Shown: in pieces, positions 15,398-23,096 of the stretch | Position numbering within the stretch: position 1 is the stretch's first letter | How the letters are laid out: each line of letters starts with the position of its first letter | Assembly (NCBI RefSeq): GCF_000195975.1 | Contig: NC_005070.1 | Location: forward strand, 1,500,001-1,532,000 | DNA: 32,000 nt | Direction: 5' to 3' | DNA from: Parasynechococcus marenigrum WH 8102 | GTDB lineage: Bacteria; Cyanobacteriota; Cyanobacteriia; PCC-6307; Cyanobiaceae | Position numbers and translations under genes: made by a program | Notes under the pieces: generated by a model | The model's input: only the letters and a program-made list of their open reading frames with translations | Databases searched by the model: none | Told to the model about the DNA's origin: nothing

Positions 15398-15420
15398 AAA
15401 AAAAGCGGTCTGATAACCGC
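15398..15420 (-). terminator. intrinsic terminator belonging to the displaced tRNA-Ala 3' fragment
   Basis: On the minus strand: GCGGT - 6-nt loop - ACCGC followed by T7, 33 nt beyond the tRNA fragment's 3' end. Same design and spacing as 24789..24813. Confidence 0.55.
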
Positions 15421-15453
15421 CAAGAAACCTGTCTAGGACAGTGTTTTGAAGAA

Positions 15454-15499
15454 TGGAGCCAAGGAGACTCGAACTCCTGACCCCCTGCATGCCATGCAG
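15454..15499 (-). repeat. 46-nt copy of the tRNA-Ala(GGC) 3' part (distal att repeat)
   Basis: tggagccaaggagactcgaactcctgaccccctgcatgccatgcag is identical to 24848-24893. Similarity ends exactly where the 5' part of the tRNA should continue. Confidence 0.9.
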
Positions 15500-15581
15500 T
15501 ACGTTGCTCGCTAAATAACAACGGTCAAATCGCCAGAAATACTAGGCCAGAACCCAGTTCACATCTGGATTCAGGCGAAGG

Positions 15582-15648
15582 TCGGCGCACAAGACTTATG
15601 GGTTCTTGTTGCTTCTTGGAGCGTTTTGGCGCACAATTTGGCGCACAA
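15582..15648 (+). promoter_or_regulatory. three copies of the TTTGGCGCACAA motif (1 + tandem pair); candidate arm-type integrase sites or iterons
   Basis: tcggcgcacaag at 15582. Exact tandem tttggcgcacaa tttggcgcacaa at 15625-15648. A mirror triplet lies at 24709-24762 in the same orientation. Confidence 0.5.
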
Positions 15649-16928
15649 GCCCTGACCACCTGCATCTCTTGGCCAAAGTCATCTGGTCCGACAACTTGCG
15701 GCAGGTGCTCAAGCGTGAGCACGGCAAAGGTTGGTCAGTCAGAGACCACCGTGGCCGGGTACAGCTGACGCGGATTTTTGAAGACCGTTCACGCAGTGCC
15801 GTTTACCTGCCATTGACTTGGACAGCCGATAACGCCACATCGATCCTCAACACGGTTGCTGCAATTCACGACCTGATGGATTCGCGCAAAGTCAGCCTGA
15901 AAGAAGCTGCCAGGTTGAACACTCAGGCATTGGCAGAGCCAGCCAAAAGCGCCAAGACGGTGGCTGACAAAGGTTGGGATGCAGTTGCTGCCGACTTCCT
16001 CAAGAGCCGTGGTGACAGGCGCAGCAGCACTCTCAGAGACCTCAAGCTGCGGGTTGAACGTGCTGTTGCAGTCATCAACCAGAAGCCCAAACCACGCGAC
16101 GGTATGAGCGTGTTGGAGGCATACGCCGCCGCCTACTTCAAGGAAATGGCACCCGGTGGTCAGGGGCGTAAACGAAATCTGAACGACGTCGTGGCATTCC
16201 TCCAATTCGCTGTTGATCGTTGCGGTGCACCAGACCGTTTCCTGCCACCACCAAAAGACCGCATCAATGAATTGATCGGCACCAGCCCAACATCAACAAC
16301 GGAACGACTGACACCACCAATCAAGGCAGACCAGTTCACTGCATTGTTGGATGCACTGGAAGCTGACGGCCGGCATGACCTCAAGCTGGCAGTGGCGTTG
16401 GTTGGCTATCTCGGGTTGCGGCCTGCAGAGCTGGCAGTCCTGCGTGTTGGTGATGACGAAAAGGCAAGGGTCGGCAGCATCAAGCGCAACATCCAAACGA
16501 TGCAGCAGGCAGACAAGCCGCCACGGTTGGTGATGCCACTTGAGATTGACGGCAGAAACAACGAAGGTGCCCGGGCCATAGCACAGTTCGCTAGTGGACT
16601 GGTGAAGTTGCCGAAAGCACTACGAAAACAGATTGATTTAGTTGAGGAGAAAGGACGTTTTCAAGACGTTGGTGCTGAATTTGCCCAGCAACTTTCACGC
16701 TGCAAGCATTGGCAAGCCATGTTCAAAGCAGACCCGCGCATCACCCCGTACAGCTTGCGCCATGGATTTGCTTGGCGGGCAACAGTGGGCCAAAACAAGA
16801 TTCCGGTAAGAACTACTGCCGCATTGATGGGGCATACAATGCAAGTGCACCACAGGCATTATGGCGCTTGGGTTGACGAAGCAGCCATTGAAGAAGCAGT
16901 TGGCATGCACAACGCTGTCGTCGCTTGA
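15606..16928 (+). CDS. int: tyrosine recombinase/integrase paralogue 2 (catalytic residues intact)
   Basis: GLRPAELAVL (Arg I), YSLRHGFAWR (Arg II), LMGHT, HHRHYGAW (Tyr). The true start is probably downstream of the 12-mer repeats, for example GTG 15705 (VLKREHGKGW). Confidence 0.85.
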   Translation: MLLLGAFWRTIWRTSPDHLHLLAKVIWSDNLRQVLKREHGKGWSVRDHRGRVQLTRIFEDRSRSAVYLPLTWTADNATSILNTVAAIHDLMDSRKVSLKEAARLNTQALAEPAKSAKTVADKGWDAVAADFLKSRGDRRSSTLRDLKLRVERAVAVINQKPKPRDGMSVLEAYAAAYFKEMAPGGQGRKRNLNDVVAFLQFAVDRCGAPDRFLPPPKDRINELIGTSPTSTTERLTPPIKADQFTALLDALEADGRHDLKLAVALVGYLGLRPAELAVLRVGDDEKARVGSIKRNIQTMQQADKPPRLVMPLEIDGRNNEGARAIAQFASGLVKLPKALRKQIDLVEEKGRFQDVGAEFAQQLSRCKHWQAMFKADPRITPYSLRHGFAWRATVGQNKIPVRTTAALMGHTMQVHHRHYGAWVDEAAIEEAVGMHNAVVA

Positions 16929-16962
16929 ACTGCGTTTACAAGATTGCCAACTACTTTTCTCG

Positions 16963-17364
16963 TCAAGTCTTTTGATTTGGTTCTGACGCTTTTGATTTGT
17001 CTTCAGGCGGCTTTTTGCCTGGTGTCGAAGCTTTTTCGCTAACTACGGTTGGCTGTTCACTTGGAGATGCATCTTCTTTGGTAGAGCCTGGGGGATTATT
17101 GCTTATTTCTGAATCTTCGATCTTTGTTGTAGATATTTTTTCTTCGGATGCAGGTGGTTCTTTTTTAACCTCAGTTGCGGGTTTTTCTTTTTTAACCTCA
17201 GTTGCAGGTGTTTCTTTCTTAACTACTGGCTTTTTCTTGGGTTTCAGCTTGCTTGTATCTAAAGACTTTTCGCCAAACGACTTAAATCCTAAAAAGATTA
17301 GCCCACCCACTACTGGGATAGAAGTAATACCGCCTATCGCAATTTCAAATTCGCTTAAGGCCAT
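16963..17364 (-). CDS. membrane-anchored Lys/Glu/Pro-rich low-complexity protein
   Basis: The likely start is MALSEFEIAIGGITSIPVVGGLIFLGF (a TM span). A KKETPATEVKKEKPATEVKKE tail follows, containing a 27-nt tandem duplication at 17161-17214. AT-rich. Confidence 0.45.
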   Translation of the reverse strand: MALSEFEIAIGGITSIPVVGGLIFLGFKSFGEKSLDTSKLKPKKKPVVKKETPATEVKKEKPATEVKKEPPASEEKISTTKIEDSEISNNPPGSTKEDASPSEQPTVVSEKASTPGKKPPEDKSKASEPNQKT

Positions 17365-17545
17365 GATCCATGTTCGATGTTCCTCAAATTTAGCATTATG
17401 GTTGCAAGTTCCCGCAAGTTTCGAGTATAAACTGAGGACCTCAGAGGTCGCCCCTGTCATTTCAAAGGCAGGGTTCCCCTCCTAGCGACTGCGACACCTA
17501 CATGTGTCTGCGGGGACGGAGCCAAGATCACCCCGATACGACGGA

Positions 17546-17806
17546 ATGGCTCGTAACGCAGACAATCGCAAAGGGAGAGGTCGGCCTGTCCGAATGCCTC
17601 AGAACCTTGCCGTCAAAGATCGGCAAGTGGTTCTGAAGTTGGCGGAACAGATGTCCCGCATCTGCAGCAACGCGACTGCAGAGCAGCTGGCAGAACTGGC
17701 TGCTGACCCTGATATTGCAACTGCTCCGCGTTTCTTCAAAGAAGCCATGAGGTCGTTCGGGACACCGCTCCCGACCGATGCAACACGAATGGTTCAAAAC
17801 GTCTGA
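17546..17806 (+). CDS. hypothetical protein with N-terminal basic GRGRP (AT-hook-like) segment
   Basis: MARNADNRKGRGRPVRMPQ.... It overlaps the next gene by 29 nt. Same strand as the replication module. Confidence 0.4.
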   Translation: MARNADNRKGRGRPVRMPQNLAVKDRQVVLKLAEQMSRICSNATAEQLAELAADPDIATAPRFFKEAMRSFGTPLPTDATRMVQNV

Positions 17807-18014
17807 GGCTGCAAGGCTCTGCGGCGTTTCTAGTTACTGGCTGAAGGAAAACCGCGACATCAGCGGTGGCTTCCTTGTGATCGACAAGCACTGGATTCCT
17901 GGCATCACACCAACGTCATCAATTCGATGGCACGTGCCATTGGTGCTGGAAGCGATGCGATACCACGGCATGAATCGCATCAAAGGCGATCAGATGTTGG
18001 AGGCCGTGCAGTGA
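17778..18014 (+). CDS. Xis/AlpA-like HTH protein (paralogue of 13531..13779)
   Basis: MQHEWFKTSEAARLCGVSSYWLKENRDISGGFLVIDKHW. Its stop TGA overlaps the next GTG start (GTGA). Confidence 0.6.
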   Translation: MQHEWFKTSEAARLCGVSSYWLKENRDISGGFLVIDKHWIPGITPTSSIRWHVPLVLEAMRYHGMNRIKGDQMLEAVQ

Positions 18015-18235
18015 TTAAGCGCGCCACCTTCGATGACAACGGCAAAAAAGTGCCGGTGAAACTCACTGTTCGTGAGCAGATGCGTCATGCAGCAGCAATG
18101 GCTGACGACTGCAGATCAAAGCTGCAATGGCACCTGACTCCTACTGCGCGGGAGATGTACGAAGACTCCCTGCTTCGGCACACGCAGGACTGGATCCGAC
18201 TCAAAAAACAAGCAGACCAACAAGCAGAAAAATGA
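18011..18235 (+). CDS. 74-aa hypothetical protein (translationally coupled)
   Basis: The GTG at 18011 overlaps the preceding stop. Its own stop overlaps the ATG of the primase gene (ATGA at 18232-18235). Confidence 0.45.
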   Translation: MIKRATFDDNGKKVPVKLTVREQMRHAAAMADDCRSKLQWHLTPTAREMYEDSLLRHTQDWIRLKKQADQQAEK

Positions 18236-19374
18236 CCCACAACCCAATGGGTCGCGGGCCACTCCCTGCCAAAGATGTGGTCAATTTAGGCGACCCTCTG
18301 CCTACAAAGCAGTGCGTCACAGCACTGAAACCCACTGCAGTACCTGAAGAAAATCTGCCCGACTGGGCTCAATGTGCGCCAAAGAGTGCGCCGAACAGTG
18401 TTTACAACGCAGGCACTGATGTCACTGATGTCACTGACGGTACGGATGGCACTGGCAAACGGCTCACCATTGATGCAGCTCAAGCCCATTGGCATCTGGA
18501 CCTGCTTGGCAGGGATGAACGTGACGTTCACATCAGAGCCATCCCGCACAAGGGCAAACGCGGTTTCGCCATCAATGGCAACTTCGCCATGGACCTCGAG
18601 CGATTCCAAGATCTGAACAACCAGGGCTACGGCCTGTACCTTCAGCCAAACATCGGCGGCACCTTGAAAGATGAGGTCACGCTGTGCACCTCACTGTTCT
18701 GGGAATACGACGACAGACCACGGTCTTAACAGGTTGAGCTTTGGCAATCAACCGTTGGGTTGCAACCCACGTTCCAGATCGACACGGGTGGAAAGTCGAT
18801 CCACAACTATTTGGTGCTGGATACCCCTATGGCTCCGGGGCCATGGACGCTGTTGATGGAACGTCTGCAGTTGGCAGCGCCTGGCTGCGACAAAAGCTGC
18901 AAAGGCAACAACCGCATGATGCGGATGGCTGGTGCCCACTACATCGACCGTGAAGGTAAATCCCGGGGGCGATCACAGATCATCAACGCTGACGGCCCGC
19001 GTTACTCAGCTGAAGAGCTGGATGCAGTGTTGCCACCGTTGCTGGTGCCATCGAAAACCAACCGCAAGAAGTTGCGGACTGGTTCAGCGTCAGTGCGACA
19101 GATCGCTGAAGCGCTCGATTACATCCCACGTCGCGTTGGTGGCGCTGGCACCTACGCCATGTACCGCGATGTGTTGTGGGGGTTGAAGGCTGCGCTTGCT
19201 GATGCCGGTGCAGCCGAGACCTTGGCCATTCAGCTGATGGAAGCGCACAGTCCCTCAGCTCAATGCGATTGGGATGTTGAGCAGGTAGCTCGGTCTGGTG
19301 GTGAGCAGATCGGTGCAGGAACACTTTTCCACTACGCCAAGCAATACGGATGGAGTCGTCATGCAAAACGCTGA
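18232..19374 (+). pseudogene. AEP-type primase(-polymerase) with PriCT-2-like C-terminus, interrupted by an in-frame TAA at 18727-18729
   Basis: LFWEYDD (AEP motif I-like) ends the first ORF. TGGKSIHNY (motif II-like) and RMMRMAG follow in the same frame after a single TAA. The C-terminus GTLFHYAKQYGW is PriCT-like. Confidence 0.6.
18373..18395 (-). promoter_or_regulatory. tandem pair of the GGCGCAC 12-mer inside the primase gene (inverted relative to the end copies)
   Basis: The reverse complement reads ttcggcgcactc tttggcgcaca. Confidence 0.35.
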
Positions 19375-20664
19375 ACTAAACAAAGTCGTTGATGACGCTG
19401 AAAACGACAACCCAGAACTGAAGACCAAAGACTTCATTGAACGGGCAACAACGCTCAAGGAGAACCTCGACACGGGGTTGGAACGCGTTGATCAGATCGA
19501 TGACCCAGCGTTGCGGTCTGTGGCTCTGATCCAGCTACGGGACGAACTGGGCCTTAATCGCAATGAGTTCATGCGCCTGGTGGAACTGCTGTCCAAATTC
19601 AAAGGGGAGCAGCCGCCAGAAGACTTTGATGAACTCCGCAAGTGGACATCAGAGCGGCGTGAACCGCCTGTTGTGGAAGACCTGCTTGGCTCCAGCTGCC
19701 TGACTGTTTGGGCAGCTGATGGCTCTTCAGGCAAAAGCATGGGTGGTTATGAACTCAGCGAAGCCGTAACCACTGGCGGCAAGTTCGCTGGTCAGTTTCA
19801 AGCGCAGGTTGGCGATGTGGTGTTCGTCCAAGAAGACGAGTCACCCAGTGATGCTGAGGTGAAGTGGCGACGTATGGGTTTCAACCCCGACGGCAAACGA
19901 CTGCACATGATGTGGTCGTTCACTCCAATGATGCTTCCGGAGTTAAAAGCCAAGATCCAGCCACCTAAGCAAAGCTGGTGGTGATGGATTCGCTTATCAG
20001 CATTGCTGGCGGAACCATCTCACCAAAGGATGCTGAGTTTGCGCTGCTGCTTTACCGGCTCAACAAGTTGGCGTCGGAATTGGGCGTAGCGATCCTCCTG
20101 ATTCACCACCTCACAAAGGACAGCAACCGCAAAGAGGTCAGCAAAGAAGCCATCTTCGGCAGCGCCTTCATCTACGCCGCTACAGCCGATTGCTGGGGCT
20201 ACTGGCGGTGCGATGAAGACGGCAAACCGCATTTCAAATTGCGGGTGCTGAAGGCTCGTTCCAACACCGTTGATCTGGGCACCACCTACGTCTTCAACGG
20301 CAATGAGGAAGACCACCGCTTGAGCTTCAAAGGCTTTGGTGATCGTGTGGTCAGCCTTGATGAACTGAAGACCAAACGCGACCAGGTGGCAGCCTTGTTG
20401 CATCGCGATGGCAGCCAGAAATGGTCTGGTGCTTGCGTCAGCGACTTCTTCGGTTGGAACGGCAGCCGTTACGCCGAAAACGTGTTGTCCAAACTCTACG
20501 AACAACGTTGTGGCGTTGATCGTGTGGCAATGCCCAGCACTGGTGGCAGGCGGAAATACGCCTACTTCAGCGTTTTGGGTGGAGAAGTGAAAAAGTCCGA
20601 CTTCCCCACAGCTTCTACACCCCCTAAAACCGGGTCAGAAGCCAGTTCGGAACTGGACTTCTAA
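19361..20664 (+). pseudogene. RecA-like (AAA_25/RepA-type) replicative helicase split by a frameshift near 19966-19984
   Basis: Walker A (AADGSSGKS) lies in ORF 19361..19984. Walker B-like VVMDSL and LIHHLTK lie in ORF 19978..20664, one frame away. Joining at ~19969 gives ...IQPPKAKLVVMDSL. Confidence 0.6.
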
Positions 20665-20784
20665 GGATCTTTCACACACTTCTTACTCCTCGTGATACTG
20701 AATGACCTACTGCAACCAATGCAGTTGGTCACTCAATTCAAACCAGCTACCACAGCTGGACTTCTACACATTCTTTCCCACCAA

Positions 20785-20807
20785 TGTGCGCCAATTAGTG
20801 CGCCAGA
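20785..20807 (-). promoter_or_regulatory. tandem pair of the GGCGCAC 12-mer between the helicase and HTH genes
   Basis: The reverse complement reads tctggcgcacta attggcgcaca. It lies 3 nt from the stop of 20810..21193. Confidence 0.35.
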
Positions 20808-20809
20808 TG

Positions 20810-21193
20810 TCAGCCCTTGTAATTCCCGTGTCGGTTGCCGTATCCCCGATGCCGATTGCTGTGAATACTGTCCAGCTCGCGTGACAGCACCGCTTGGTAA
20901 ATCAGGTTCATGCCAGCAACAGCGGCACCGTATGCACCTGCCTTCTCGGCTTTCTGAACGATGGTCTGAGTTCTATGGCAGAACCATGCCAGCAGCTCTT
21001 TGACTTCCGTCGAACTCAGTTCCCCTACCAGTCTGTTTCTCGCCCAAGTCAAGTCCCGTTGGGCAGTCCTCTCAGATACCCCGTACTTTCCCGACACAAG
21101 CGCCGCAACTGTTCTGAAGCTGTTTCCATCAGCAAGCAACGCCAACGCATGTTCCCTACGGGCTAAGCGTTCTTTAGCGGTAGTCCTTGCCAT
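20810..21193 (-). CDS. HTH DNA-binding protein (copy B, inverted relative to 12271..12654)
   Basis: 127 aa. It differs from copy A at 20 nt: 18 synonymous, 1 Ser/Thr change, and the stop codon (TAA versus TGA). Confidence 0.75.
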   Translation of the reverse strand: MARTTAKERLARREHALALLADGNSFRTVAALVSGKYGVSERTAQRDLTWARNRLVGELSSTEVKELLAWFCHRTQTIVQKAEKAGAYGAAVAGMNLIYQAVLSRELDSIHSNRHRGYGNRHGNYKG

Positions 21194-21209
21194 AGCTCAA
21201 TAAAAGTAA

Positions 21210-21797
21210 TCAACGAAGTCCTTCACAGGCTTCACCATCATTATCGCTATCTAGATAGACGTGACCCTCTTGAAGAAGTAATTGCGCTTTATCCCACGAA
21301 GAGATTTCGCTACAACGAAGCCTTGCATTGGTCCCCCTCCTATAAATCCAAGGCCTCGTAATGCCTTGCTTACCTTCTGACCAGATACCTTGTTTGAGAT
21401 CTCTCGCTTGACTTTCCAGGAGAAGAAGATTTGGACCATCACAATCTGAAAGATATCTTGTGTACACAAACACAAGCCCTTTACGCACTAGTTCTCCAGC
21501 TACATCAACTCCCCCTGGAGTAGAGACATGTGCAACTGTGCGGCCATATCGATCTTTTTTGATGGGATAGATTGTAATGGCTGAGTCTGCAGGTATCAAT
21601 CCGCGAAATGCATTCATAGCTAGTCTTCCGTATGGATATTGTCCAATTTCTGGGGCATTAACGCATGCCAGCCTTATTTGTTGCGGGATACCATTTAGCC
21701 TTACGATAAGACTGTCTCCATCAACCACCCTGATGACTTCAGAGGCGGTGAGTGGTTGCGGAGTAAAAACAAGCAGACCTAAAACTAACTTTGACAT
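21210..21797 (-). CDS. secreted thermonuclease (SNase-like) with C-terminal Excalibur Ca-binding domain
   Basis: The start is taken at MSKLVLGLLVFTPQPLTA (signal-peptide-like). SNase motifs: DGDSLIVRL...IRLACVNAPE...DRYGRTVAHV. The C-terminus C..ISSWDKAQLLLQEGHVYLDSDNDGEACE fits the Excalibur pattern. AT-rich. Confidence 0.8.
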   Translation of the reverse strand: MSKLVLGLLVFTPQPLTASEVIRVVDGDSLIVRLNGIPQQIRLACVNAPEIGQYPYGRLAMNAFRGLIPADSAITIYPIKKDRYGRTVAHVSTPGGVDVAGELVRKGLVFVYTRYLSDCDGPNLLLLESQARDLKQGIWSEGKQGITRPWIYRRGTNARLRCSEISSWDKAQLLLQEGHVYLDSDNDGEACEGLR

Positions 21798-21866
21798 CCC
21801 AATAGCAAGCGACTCCAACACATGTCCCCTACGGGCAAAGCATTCTTTCGCGGTGGTGCGTGCCAT
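21798..21866 (-). pseudogene. 5' remnant (23 codons) of an HTH-gene copy fused in frame to the nuclease ORF
   Basis: MARTTAKECFARRGHVLESLAIG is encoded by atggcacgcaccaccgcgaaagaatgctttgcccgtagggg.... This is homologous but not identical to the first ~70 nt of 20810..21193. Confidence 0.6.
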
Positions 21867-22029
21867 CAGAAGTCAGCCAAAGAAGTCATGAGTTTGCGAG
21901 CCTTACCTATTTGCTCTTCTGAAAGACGGAAGTATTCAATTTATTCTCCAATGTTTTGACAACCACTGTCTAGAGGATCAAAGCGCCTTCGAATGACCGG
22001 AGAATGATGGTCAATTCAGAACATTTTAA

Positions 22030-22743
22030 TCACCCTATTGCTAGATCTACTGCCCTTGAAAGAGTCAATCCAAATACGTCAAGCACTACGAATCCATTTA
22101 AAAGTCGTACTATTTTTGAAGTAGAAGTTTTGCATGAATCCCCAGAGTAGTCGAAGCAAGCCTCTGCTGCGAAGAAAAAATATTCAAGAGCCCCTAGCCC
22201 GTCCATTCCTGCAATTGCCGGTGACAGATTTCTTTCAGATCGTCCATGGTTCATTCGCCAATACCACCACGTAAAACAAATCAAGATTATGGGAATAAAA
22301 AGCAAAAGCTCAATAATTAAAAGCACTGGGCTTTTGATAGGAGCCACAAGAAGCAGATTCATTATAACAAGTTCAACGATCCAGCAGGCTGAAAGGAAGA
22401 TAGCCAGTAGGTCAATCGATCTTCGCGCTTTTTTGCCCGATAGTCTCAGTACTATCAGAATAAATGTATACGTAAAAAATCCAGCTCCTATTGGCTGAAC
22501 ATGATTAGTGAGTGCATCCAAAAACGAATGAGATATCTCAAGAAAATTCTTAACCGCACCTTCTTCGACAGCCTCAAGGTCTAAGTTTCTATCAAATTGC
22601 TCAGTAAAAATAAAAGTAATAAGGAGTACGTAAATTTCCCCAGGGCTTTTGATTCGATCAATAAATGGCATTGTACTACCAGCAAGTTTTAAATATTTAA
22701 GCAAAAAAGCCCGGGGCTTCCAACCCCCCGGGCTAGTACTCAT
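22030..22743 (-). CDS. multi-pass membrane protein (unknown function)
   Basis: 237-aa AT-rich ORF with about 5 hydrophobic spans. The start may be M25 (MPFIDRI). The segment EYFFFAAEACFDYSGDS loosely recalls a degenerate pore loop, which is speculative. Confidence 0.5.
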   Translation of the reverse strand: MSTSPGGWKPRAFLLKYLKLAGSTMPFIDRIKSPGEIYVLLITFIFTEQFDRNLDLEAVEEGAVKNFLEISHSFLDALTNHVQPIGAGFFTYTFILIVLRLSGKKARRSIDLLAIFLSACWIVELVIMNLLLVAPIKSPVLLIIELLLFIPIILICFTWWYWRMNHGRSERNLSPAIAGMDGLGALEYFFFAAEACFDYSGDSCKTSTSKIVRLLNGFVVLDVFGLTLSRAVDLAIG

Positions 22744-22853
22744 CGAAAGCAGGGCGCTGTCACGATTAGGCGCGCGAATAAGTCATTGTTAGGCTGAGGT
22801 ATTCCCGTGGCGATAGCTGGCTGATCCAGCTTCTTGCCTGAGCGGACCTTGCC

Positions 22854-22895
22854 ATGATGTTCAGCAACGATTTATTGGGTCATCTGCATCGCTGA
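22854..22895 (+). CDS. 13-aa mini-ORF (leader-like), paralogue of 6239..6280
   Basis: MMFSNDLLGHLHR*. The stop lies 1 nt upstream of the next ATG. Confidence 0.25.
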   Translation: MMFSNDLLGHLHR

Positions 22896-22896
22896 G

Positions 22897-22989
22897 ATGG
22901 CACGCGTTTTTCGTGACCAGTGGTTGTCAATAGCGATTGGAGGAGCATCACTAGTGACGTTGGTGTGGCTTGAGGCGTTTGTCTGGTGA
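22897..22989 (+). CDS. 30-aa hydrophobic peptide, paralogue of 6145..6237
   Basis: MARVFRDQWLSIAIGGASLVTLVWLEAFVW*. Frame and length are conserved in the inverted duplicate. Confidence 0.4.
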   Translation: MARVFRDQWLSIAIGGASLVTLVWLEAFVW

Positions 22990-23096
22990 TGACTGTCGTT
23001 ACATAGCTTCATAGTCATGTGTACGTTAATGACGCTTCTGAAAGATCCGCAGGCATTGTTTTTAGCTTTTCAGCTATTAATTTTCTGTCATGTCTC

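Noticed and set aside
15207-15521. ORFs 15207..15521, 15229..15423 and 15299..15490 (minus strand), and likewise 24841..25086
   Set aside because: They read through the tRNA-Ala sequence or its 46-nt copy (both translate to ...HAGGQEFESPWLH...) and through the terminators. They are artefacts of the repeated tRNA DNA.
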